A DNA stretch of 59,435 bases, from contig JAZTWT010000008.1 in assembly GCA_045636045.1 (NCBI GenBank), forward strand, positions 1 through 59,435, written 5' to 3'. Origin of the DNA: Candidatus Enterousia sp. (GTDB lineage Bacteria > Pseudomonadota > Alphaproteobacteria > Rs-D84). The notes under the pieces are model-generated. The model did no database searches and was not told where the DNA came from. It saw only the letters and a list, made by a program, of their open reading frames with translations. Position 1 is the first letter of the stretch. Each line of letters begins with the position of its first letter. Below are positions 8,769 to 16,609 of the stretch, piece by piece. The position numbers and the translations under genes were made by a program.

Positions 8769-11700
8769 AGAAATTAATAACCGCATTATTTTCACTGTTT
8801 TTATTAACGCCATCATTTGCCACACCGGTTGTCGGTGAAGCGTATATTAATCAACTGCAGACTTATTATGATAACGAGAGCACTTTGACCCGAGTTGCAG
8901 TACAGGCAGCATTAAGTGCCAAGTCTACAACGATTAGCGCTGCATTAGAGGTGTTTTTTCCTGCTGCGCAAAATCGCGCTAGCGCATTGGAGAAATATCA
9001 TGCTGCGGTTGCTGCAAACGGAGGACAGGGATTAAAACCTGCGGATTTATGGGCTATCTGTTCAGCAGGTGGTTTGGACATCAACTCCCAAGATGGCAAA
9101 AACAAGTGTGGATATTTTGCCCGCGCATTGCGTGAAACATACTATGATGTATGTGATGACAAGAAAGGTCCTGGCAACAATTATTGCGTAAAGGACTTCA
9201 AAAGTATCCAAACCCAAATGCGTACCGGGACATCTATTGCCAAGGCCTGGGCAAAAACTCAAAAGAAAGACACGATTGTTTGCGAGGATAAATATCGTGG
9301 TTCATGGAATGATGACTATTTGTCTTGTTATTCAATCGTAAATACAGATGCGTATTATGAGTTTCAGTTTGATGATTTGGCAGAATCAGGTGATGTTGAC
9401 ACAGAACGCGGATTTCGCGAAGCGGCATGCGCACTGGCTGGGCTTAATTTTATCGCAGGTGGCTTTTCTAACTCTTCAGCAGGCAGCATTGCTGGTGCTA
9501 ACATGGGGGGCGGTGGGACATCCTGGCCAAGCCATTGCCCAACAACCGGAAAAAGTAATCCTGAGGCTTTGTGTGCTAAAGTAGATGCTTTTGCCAAGGA
9601 GATGGGGTTCAGCTCTCGCTACAGCGTTTCTGATGGGGGATGTGTTTTCTCGGATACTAATGTACGTGATGCTTCTGAAATCGTCAATGAATATAATGGA
9701 ATAATTGATAATTATGTATATTCAAAAGACCAATCTCAGTTACAGGCGGCATCTTCATTGGACGAGTCGATACGCATGTATGCACAAAGACGTCTGGGTG
9801 CGACCCCGATTACCAGTTTTGAATGTGATAAAGCACACAAACGTTATATTCGTGGTATCCTTGAAAATAACGAAGATATCATAACATGTCGCATCAACGG
9901 TAAACGTGTTGACTTTGTCTTTGACGATTTAACCCAGGCAACCGCACTGTGGGGCAGCCAAATTATCGAAGGCAGCCAGCAGGGATTGGATTGTCGCGCA
10001 ATGGATGGTGTATTTGATGGTGAACATTGTGCTGGCCTGACCCAGGATATGTGTGCCCAGGTTGCACAGTTAAATATGGCTGAATGTCCAGATTGCAAGG
10101 CAGCATATTGGGATGCAGAAAAAGGAATCTGTATGTTGCCCGAATCGAAACAGGCAAAAGATATTAGAACACAAATTAGTGTTGTAACCAGTGTTGGTAC
10201 TGCTGTGGTTGGACTTGTTGTGACGGTGGTTTCAGGTGGTTCTGTACTAATGATTGCCGCCGCATCAACAGCAACAGTTGCCGCAGCAACGTCAGAGGGC
10301 GTAAAACTGATGCAGGATGCGGATGCATCTGATTGGGTCGAAGAAATGAACCGTATTCAAACCCCAGAGGCCGCAGATAAATTCCTGCGTGAGCATTTGG
10401 AAGAAATTATGGGGGCAGACCACCTGGTTGAACAGCGTCGCAATGGTTTGGATGAAATGCTGTCACGGGTTTTGGGCAAAGCATCAGATGATTATTTCTA
10501 TGAATTGGTCGGCGGATGCACAGTCGTCACGGGCGATAGTGATGCTGCAGAGGTAAAATATGATACCTCATTGCCAGATTGTGCCCTGAATCCAGAAAAT
10601 GGCAGCAATACGAAAAGTACTATTATACGCATCGCAGATGCTGTTCAATTTATTGCAGGTGTTGTGATGTTGGTCGAGGGGTTGCGCCAAACAATCAATA
10701 TGTTATCAACCCGCGCTACGACAATAGCACAGAAAATAGATGCATTAAAGCAGACCGGCTGGATACGGCAAAATGGCCAATGGGTAAATCAGACCACCGG
10801 ACAAACACTTGCTACATTGCCTAAGGGGGTGCCTGGCTGGGACCCGGGTGTTAATCGTTGGCGCGGTCTGCTGTATGGACATGGCACAACCGGCAGTTTT
10901 ACAAGACAGGCAGATTTGGTAAAATGGTTGGTCACCACAAATGTCTCCCGGACACTTGCACAAACTGTGGCTGGTGTGGCAATTACAGCCACCTCTCCCA
11001 GTGAAGAGAATCCTGCCAATGTTCAGATTCCGGATCGTACAACGGATGTTCCACCGGTTGATACAACGCCGGCTGGTATACCGGTGACGGATATTGTGGT
11101 GGAACTGCCTGACTCAATTCCCCCAATAACAGGCAATGTACCAGAGAAACCTGCACAGCCACAGACACCACCTGTGCAAACCGTGCCGGTTGAAACAGAT
11201 CCTGTTTATACTGCGCCGGTTGAAACAGATCCTGTTTATACCGCGCCGGTTGAAACAATGACAGAACAGCCGACATCTGTGCAATATATGCCTGTTCAGA
11301 CGACGTATAGCCAACCAATACCAGTAGATACGCCTGAAACATCGCGCGACATAAAACCGCATCAGGTCAAGAATAATGGTGCCAAGACCGCATTGATTGC
11401 GACGGCGGCAATCGCCGGTACAATCGGGGCAGGTTGGTTGATTGGTGGGCTGATTGGTAAAGATGATGACGATAATAAAACTACATCTGCACCTGTCGCG
11501 CCCCAGGTTGACCCAGAACTGGAACGATTGATGCAAAATGCTGGTGGTGTAATCGGTGTTATAAATGGTCAATCATTAAAATTGATACCATTGCCTACAA
11601 CGATTAATTCATACGCGCCAATTGTTGATATTAATGGCAAAGCGGTTGTCGTTGTGGATTATCGTGGGCACAGATTGCCATACTATATGAATCCAATGAC

Positions 11701-12022
11701 AATGCGTTGGGAACCATTATTGGGAATCGGTGTAAATGCTGGATGGTTTAATGTTTATCCAAATCCATCACAATCTGGCATCGCAATCATTGATTCGATT
11801 AGTGGACAACTGGTACAGAAATTAAAACCATCTGTTGTTTCGCGTTATGTTGGCAATTATGCAACCGGTACGCGTTTCCCAATGGCTGGCCCGGCGGCAT
11901 ATCAGACGATTAATGCCGAATTCCCGAATGGGGTTGTTAATACAAACACTGGCGCAATGAGTCCATCTGACCAGTTGTTGTATAACAATAATTATCAGTT
12001 GATTCAGCAGAAGTTGCGGTAA
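8765..12022 (+). CDS. Large exported multidomain protein: duplicated Cys-containing domain, hydrophobic hairpin, Pro/Thr-rich linker, further hydrophobic helix, C-terminal domain
   Basis: The ATG at 8765 overlaps the upstream TGA (ATGA) and follows GAGG. Signal peptide MKKLITALFSLFLLTPSFA; ~1085-aa open frame. Confidence 0.85.
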   Translation: MKKLITALFSLFLLTPSFATPVVGEAYINQLQTYYDNESTLTRVAVQAALSAKSTTISAALEVFFPAAQNRASALEKYHAAVAANGGQGLKPADLWAICSAGGLDINSQDGKNKCGYFARALRETYYDVCDDKKGPGNNYCVKDFKSIQTQMRTGTSIAKAWAKTQKKDTIVCEDKYRGSWNDDYLSCYSIVNTDAYYEFQFDDLAESGDVDTERGFREAACALAGLNFIAGGFSNSSAGSIAGANMGGGGTSWPSHCPTTGKSNPEALCAKVDAFAKEMGFSSRYSVSDGGCVFSDTNVRDASEIVNEYNGIIDNYVYSKDQSQLQAASSLDESIRMYAQRRLGATPITSFECDKAHKRYIRGILENNEDIITCRINGKRVDFVFDDLTQATALWGSQIIEGSQQGLDCRAMDGVFDGEHCAGLTQDMCAQVAQLNMAECPDCKAAYWDAEKGICMLPESKQAKDIRTQISVVTSVGTAVVGLVVTVVSGGSVLMIAAASTATVAAATSEGVKLMQDADASDWVEEMNRIQTPEAADKFLREHLEEIMGADHLVEQRRNGLDEMLSRVLGKASDDYFYELVGGCTVVTGDSDAAEVKYDTSLPDCALNPENGSNTKSTIIRIADAVQFIAGVVMLVEGLRQTINMLSTRATTIAQKIDALKQTGWIRQNGQWVNQTTGQTLATLPKGVPGWDPGVNRWRGLLYGHGTTGSFTRQADLVKWLVTTNVSRTLAQTVAGVAITATSPSEENPANVQIPDRTTDVPPVDTTPAGIPVTDIVVELPDSIPPITGNVPEKPAQPQTPPVQTVPVETDPVYTAPVETDPVYTAPVETMTEQPTSVQYMPVQTTYSQPIPVDTPETSRDIKPHQVKNNGAKTALIATAAIAGTIGAGWLIGGLIGKDDDDNKTTSAPVAPQVDPELERLMQNAGGVIGVINGQSLKLIPLPTTINSYAPIVDINGKAVVVVDYRGHRLPYYMNPMTMRWEPLLGIGVNAGWFNVYPNPSQSGIAIIDSISGQLVQKLKPSVVSRYVGNYATGTRFPMAGPAAYQTINAEFPNGVVNTNTGAMSPSDQLLYNNNYQLIQQKLR
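11185..11257 (+). repeat. 30-bp coding tandem repeat (PVETDPVYTA x ~2.4)
   Basis: gccggttgaaacagatcctgtttatac(t/c)gc at 11185 and 11215, with a partial copy at 11245. Confidence 0.9.
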
Positions 12023-12051
12023 AAAAAAGACCCACCAAATGGTGGGTTTTT
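12021..12051. terminator. Bidirectional terminator between the large gene and tRNA-Ser
   Basis: A-run, acccacc-aaat-ggtgggt, T-run. Confidence 0.75.
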
Positions 12052-12056
12052 AAATC

Positions 12057-12147
12057 TGGCGGAGACAAAGGGATTTGAACCCTTGATACGGGGTTACCGT
12101 ATACACGATTTCGAGTCGCGCGCATTCAACCGCTCTGCCATGTCTCC
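12057..12147 (-). tRNA. tRNA-Ser(CGA)
   Basis: Reverse complement GGAGACATGGCAGAGCGGTTGAATGCG-CGCGA-CTCGAAA-TCGTG...GGTTCAAATCC...GTCTCCGCCA; long variable arm and encoded CCA. Confidence 0.95.
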
Positions 12148-12156
12148 GTGCACGCC

Positions 12157-12185
12157 ATTATAATTGTATTGGGATTATTTTGCAA
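12157..12185 (-). promoter_or_regulatory. Sigma70-type promoter for tRNA-Ser(CGA)
   Basis: TTGCAA-17 nt-TATAAT on the minus strand, 9 nt before the tRNA. Confidence 0.7.
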
Positions 12186-12230
12186 GGGTAAAAATTTGAC
12201 TTTTTTATACGATTTAGTAATCTGTATACC

Positions 12231-12575
12231 ATGGAAAAAACATTTAACGAACAGGTTTATGATGTTGTCGCGCGTATCCCATCTGGACGCGTTGCTTCAT
12301 TTGGTCAAATCGCCCAGATGATTGGTCGGCCACGCATGGCGCGCTTTGTTGGATATGCATCTAATAACAAGGCATCATGGCATCTGCCGTGGCATCGGGT
12401 TGTGTTCAAGGACGGTTCGTTGTGCTGTGGAATGGCAGAAGAACAGTATCGTACCCTGAAATCCGAAGGTGTCAAATTTGATGAAGAACGGCGCGTTATC
12501 ATGCCGATTTATCAGTGGGACCCGGAACGTGATGCTGCGCCGCTGGATATACGCGATTTTCCGCTGGTATTTTAA
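12231..12575 (+). CDS. atl: Alkyltransferase-like (ATL/YbaZ, MGMT family) DNA-damage recognition protein
   Basis: VYDVVARIPSGRVASFGQIA...R.VG and the LPWHRVV motif, with Trp in place of the active Cys of PCHR. Confidence 0.88.
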   Translation: MEKTFNEQVYDVVARIPSGRVASFGQIAQMIGRPRMARFVGYASNNKASWHLPWHRVVFKDGSLCCGMAEEQYRTLKSEGVKFDEERRVIMPIYQWDPERDAAPLDIRDFPLVF

Positions 12576-12607
12576 ACCAATAGCAAACAAAATCTTCCAA
12601 TCCCGGA

Positions 12608-13309
12608 TTATTTTTTACAAATCTTTTCATAGATTTCTGCCTTGCTTAGTTTTTTGTAGGTTATAAACCATGGGTTAATATCATTATGTCTGCGCATTTG
12701 CTCTGCTGTCACCGGGGCAGGGACCAAAACATCATCGTCCGGCATCCAGTTAGCCGGCAGGGCGACCTTGAAACCGTCTGCAGTCTGCAGCGCAACCAGC
12801 ATCCGCCATATCTCTGAAATGTTTCGACCCAGAATTGCCGGGTAATACAAAATTGTGCGTATTGTTGCCGTTGGGTCGATTATAAAGACTGCGCGTACTG
12901 CATGGGTGTCTGATGCGTTTTTATGAATCATGCCATATTTTCGTGCAATACTCATATTCATGTCATCGATCAGTGGAAATGTTATCTTTACTCCATTTGG
13001 CATATTTGAAATCGCATCAAACCACCCCAGGTGCGAAGACAGTGAACCAACAGACAGCCCTAGCAATTTAACATTCATTTTTTCAAAGTCTTTGATGGTA
13101 TTTTGAAACGCAATAAATTCTGTGGTGCACACAGGTGTAAAATCTGATGGATGTGAAAAGAATACAACCCAATTTCCCTTGAAATCATCAGGAAATTTTA
13201 TTTGACCGTTTGTTGTGCTTGCATGAAATTCGGGTGCTGTGTCACCAATTAATGGCATGCATGGTGTGTCTAAGATATCTTCATCATCTAAGTCATATAA
13301 ATCATTCAT
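12608..13309 (-). CDS. Peroxiredoxin (Prx6/1-Cys subfamily)
   Basis: FFSHPSDFTPVCTTE, VRAVFIIDP, YYPAILGRN and PANW motifs. The ATG at 13309 follows GGAGAG. Confidence 0.93.
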   Translation of the reverse strand: MNDLYDLDDEDILDTPCMPLIGDTAPEFHASTTNGQIKFPDDFKGNWVVFFSHPSDFTPVCTTEFIAFQNTIKDFEKMNVKLLGLSVGSLSSHLGWFDAISNMPNGVKITFPLIDDMNMSIARKYGMIHKNASDTHAVRAVFIIDPTATIRTILYYPAILGRNISEIWRMLVALQTADGFKVALPANWMPDDDVLVPAPVTAEQMRRHNDINPWFITYKKLSKAEIYEKICKK

Positions 13310-13453
13310 TTTCTCTCTCCGTGTATCTGAACACAACCTATCATTTTCGGTTGTTTTTTTACACAGGAACCTATTCAGGGGCAAATAAAAAAATATTCTT
13401 GATAAAATCCGATAAGTTATCAATAATATGGGGCAAGACATAAGGATATAAAT

Positions 13454-13735
13454 ATGAAACGCTCAGACATTGTTCGTTCTATTCAGGTGAACTTTAAACG
13501 TATGCGCGCATCAGACGCCGCTGCAATATTAGATACAGTTTCAGACCAGGTTATTGAATCAGTTGCCAATGGTGACAGAATTGAAATTCGTGGATTTGGC
13601 ACATTTCAGCCACGCGCCCGCGCGACCAAGATTGGATACAACCCATGCACAGGCCAACCAATGCCATTGCCGGCCAGCACAACAATTCTGTTCAAACCCA
13701 GTCGTGAATTAACAAAAAAGATGAACGGTCAATAA
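13454..13735 (+). CDS. HU/integration host factor family DNA-binding protein
   Basis: MKRSDIV...GDRIEIRGFGTF..R.R....GYNP.TG...FKPS.EL. Confidence 0.92.
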   Translation: MKRSDIVRSIQVNFKRMRASDAAAILDTVSDQVIESVANGDRIEIRGFGTFQPRARATKIGYNPCTGQPMPLPASTTILFKPSRELTKKMNGQ

Positions 13736-13736
13736 T

Positions 13737-15482
13737 ATGTTATTTGGTAAAAAATCAGGAATAAAAAATCGTAATCGTGAACGCTATGAACGCGTTCGCC
13801 GCCTGATGTGGATTAAATGCGAATCTTGTGGTAAATTGGTTTATTACAAGGATTACAAAGAAAACAAATATATCTGTCCACGCTGCGGTCGTGCATTTAT
13901 CATGACACCGAAACAACGTTTTGATTTGCTGTTTGATGACAATTCATGGGAAAAATTACCATCCCCAAATGTGTCAGATGATCCGTTAAAATTTTCTGAT
14001 CGCGTTCCGTACCAGGACAGGTTAGATTCCGCGCGTTCTGAAACAGGCTGTTATGATGCGATTACAACTGCAGATGGTACAATCGGTGGTGTGCCAACAA
14101 CGATCTGTGTCCTGAATGGATTGTTTATGATGGGATCTATGGGGCGTGCCGCCGGGGATGCAATCGTCGCAGCAATGGAACATGCTATTGCCCAGCATCG
14201 CGCATTTGTTATGGTCACATCCAGTGGTGGCGCACGTATGCAGGAAAATATTTTGTCATTAATGCAAATGGCGCGCACAACCGTTGCTGTAAACAAATTA
14301 CACGCAAATGGCATACCGTATATTGTTTTGTTGACCGATCCTACATTTGGTGGGGTGACTGCATCATTCGCGATGTTGGGGGATATTCATATTGCAGAAA
14401 AGGGTGCCCGCATTGGTTTTGCAGGTCGTCGTGTTATTGAACAAAATATTCGTGAGAAATTACCAAGCAATTTCCAAACTGCTGACTATTTGTACGAACA
14501 TGGCATGGTTGACATGGTCGTTGCACGCGGTGAATTACATGATACTATCGCGAATGTCTTGGCTGTTTTGACCAAGCAGACACGCGAACCTAAACAGATT
14601 TCTGTCACAACGCCTGCGCATGACGCGGCCAAGAAAATACGTGGCATGGGCGAAAACGAAGCATATGACAAAGTGTTGTTGGCGCGTCATGAAAACCGTC
14701 CGCACTTCCTGGATTACATCAATGGTATTGTGTCTGATTGGACCTATCTGGCGGGCGATCGTTGCTTTGCCGAAGATGCGGCCATGGCATCTGGTATTGG
14801 TTTTTGGCGCGGAATCCCTGCTGTAATCATTGGGCAGGAACAGGGACGCACTATCGACAGTCGTCAAAAACATCGTTTTGGTATGGCGAATCCAGACGGT
14901 TATCGCAAGGCCCAGCGTATGATGCGTTTGGCGGAAAAATTTCAGTTACCATTAATATCGCTGTTTGATACCGCTGGCGCATTTGCTGGCCGTGAAGGTG
15001 AAGAACGTGGTCAATCCCAGGCGGTTGCGTCTTCTATTGCAACAGGACTGTCGATTGCAACACCGTATGTTGCGGTAAATGTAGGTCAGGGCGGTTCGGG
15101 TGGCGCGATTGCGATTGGTACGGGCGACCGCATATTAATGCTGGAAAACGCAATTTATTCTGTAATCGCACCAGAATCTTGTGCCAGCATCTTGTGGAAA
15201 GATAATAATTATCGTGCAACTGCATCTGCGGCCATGAAATTAACGGCACGTGATATGGCAGATATGAATGTTATTGATGAAATAATTCATGAACCGGCCG
15301 GTGGGGCCCATACAGATTGGCAAACGACAATGGAGTTGTTGGCCAATGCGGTTGTAAAACAAATTAATGAACTGCAACAAATCCCAGTGGACGAATTGCC
15401 ATCGCGTCGTGCAGAAAAGTTCTTGGCGATGACCCGTGATGTTGAGATTTATCAACCCGAACATGTTGGCGAAGAACACTAA
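13737..15482 (+). CDS. accDA: Acetyl-CoA carboxylase carboxyltransferase, beta-alpha fusion (AccD-AccA)
   Basis: N half: CESC/CPRC zinc finger, SGGARMQE, GGVTASFA, GFAGRRVIEQ. C half: ARH..RP, GDR, GYRKAQR, EERGQ, GSGGA, YSVIAPE. Confidence 0.95.
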   Translation: MLFGKKSGIKNRNRERYERVRRLMWIKCESCGKLVYYKDYKENKYICPRCGRAFIMTPKQRFDLLFDDNSWEKLPSPNVSDDPLKFSDRVPYQDRLDSARSETGCYDAITTADGTIGGVPTTICVLNGLFMMGSMGRAAGDAIVAAMEHAIAQHRAFVMVTSSGGARMQENILSLMQMARTTVAVNKLHANGIPYIVLLTDPTFGGVTASFAMLGDIHIAEKGARIGFAGRRVIEQNIREKLPSNFQTADYLYEHGMVDMVVARGELHDTIANVLAVLTKQTREPKQISVTTPAHDAAKKIRGMGENEAYDKVLLARHENRPHFLDYINGIVSDWTYLAGDRCFAEDAAMASGIGFWRGIPAVIIGQEQGRTIDSRQKHRFGMANPDGYRKAQRMMRLAEKFQLPLISLFDTAGAFAGREGEERGQSQAVASSIATGLSIATPYVAVNVGQGGSGGAIAIGTGDRILMLENAIYSVIAPESCASILWKDNNYRATASAAMKLTARDMADMNVIDEIIHEPAGGAHTDWQTTMELLANAVVKQINELQQIPVDELPSRRAEKFLAMTRDVEIYQPEHVGEEH

Positions 15483-15509
15483 AAAAACCCCACCTTTTAG
15501 GTGGGGTTT
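15481..15509. terminator. Bidirectional terminator
   Basis: aaaccccacct-ttt-aggtggggttt between convergent genes. Confidence 0.75.
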
Positions 15510-16041
15510 ATTTTGACTTTATATAAACATTATCCTGTACATATTTTATTAGTTTGAACATGTTTTGTTCTGGGTATCGTTTTATTATTTGGTCGCATTC
15601 GTTTTCAATTTCTTGATTAGCAATACGCAGAACATCGCCAAAACTCAGTTGTTTTACAATTTCTATTGTATGCGAACCACATTGATAAAGTCTATCTGTG
15701 TCAATGCATCGTTGCTTATGTACTGGCGATAACGGTTTTATTTCAAAAAAATACACTTCGCTATATGGCAAACATGGTTTTATTGAAACATAATACCACA
15801 TCAGTAAATCTATGGTATTGTCGCAAAAATGTATCAGTGGCACGGCGCTATGGACGCCCAATCCACGCTGTCTGTACCCAGAATCATCGAAAATAGCGCA
15901 CCAATCATAAAGTTGTCCGCGTGAAACGAAACGACGACCTGGATATATGTCATCAACATCCTGTATATTATACGTTTTTGCAAATCTGGAACATTGCATA
16001 GGAACCAGTTTAAAAAATCTTTTCGTGTTTTTATCTGTCAT
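15508..16041 (-). CDS. Hypothetical protein (~177 aa)
   Basis: Long AT-rich ORF filling the gap and ending at a terminator; no motif recognised; start uncertain. Confidence 0.6.
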   Translation of the reverse strand: MTDKNTKRFFKLVPMQCSRFAKTYNIQDVDDIYPGRRFVSRGQLYDWCAIFDDSGYRQRGLGVHSAVPLIHFCDNTIDLLMWYYVSIKPCLPYSEVYFFEIKPLSPVHKQRCIDTDRLYQCGSHTIEIVKQLSFGDVLRIANQEIENECDQIIKRYPEQNMFKLIKYVQDNVYIKSK

Positions 16042-16100
16042 AACGATACAGATATTACAATGTTTTACAAAGAATTCCATAAAAAAACAGATTTTACCAC

Positions 16101-16129
16101 TTGCATTTAATTTATGATTTCTATATAAT
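16101..16129 (+). promoter_or_regulatory. Sigma70-type promoter for tRNA-Ser(GCT)
   Basis: TTGCAT-17 nt-TATAAT, 11 nt before the tRNA. Confidence 0.7.
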
Positions 16130-16140
16130 ATCCCCTGCAC

Positions 16141-16228
16141 GGAGCGTTGGCAGAGTGGTAATGCAGCAGATTGCTAATCTGTGACCGAAATTTTTGGTCC
16201 ATAGGTTCGAGTCCTATACGCTCCGCCA
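16141..16228 (+). tRNA. tRNA-Ser(GCT)
   Basis: GGAGCGTTGGCAGAGTGGTAATGCA-GCAGA-TTGCTAA-TCTGT, long variable arm, GGTTCGAGTCC, ending CGCTCCGCCA. Confidence 0.95.
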
Positions 16229-16432
16229 TAAATTCAACCCACCTTTTGGTGGGTTAAATTTTTGATGCGGACGGTTGACGAGAACCGTCAAGGTTCGATA
16301 CAGAGTAGATTTGGGAAGCTCATGCGCACCCAAATCGTCACGAGTGGAGAGGGGGATCCCCACCCACGAAGTGGGATGGGGAGTCCAGTCCTATACGCTC
16401 CGCCATAAATTCAACCCACCTTTTGGTGGGTT
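16210..16432 (+). repeat. tRNA-linked 46-bp direct repeat with a 177-bp period
   Basis: agtcctatacgctccgccataaattcaacccaccttttggtgggtt at 16210-16255 and 16387-16432. It comprises the last 19 nt of the tRNA plus its terminator hairpin. Confidence 0.92.
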
Positions 16433-16480
16433 TAATTTTGTACCTTGACTTGCTTGGTCTTATCGTGTCATAATACAAGC

Positions 16481-16519
16481 ATGACAATTCGTTTTATTAA
16501 TTTTTACTGTTGTCGATAA
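16481..16519 (+). CDS. Candidate cysS leader peptide MTIRFINFYCCR
   Basis: 12-codon ORF with tandem TGT TGT codons, 6 nt after a TTGACT-18-CATAAT promoter and 90 nt upstream of cysS. Confidence 0.4.
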   Translation: MTIRFINFYCCR

Positions 16520-16609
16520 TTTGCTTTTTTCTGCAAACTTAATTTGTTTGCATTTCAAATACATAATCACTAAAATTTCAACGCACTTAAACCGAAAAGG
16601 AAACGCATC

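Noticed and set aside
12057-16432. Genomic island bounded by two tRNA-Ser genes
   Set aside because: The tRNAs are different isoacceptors facing outward, the content is mostly housekeeping, and there is no integrase.
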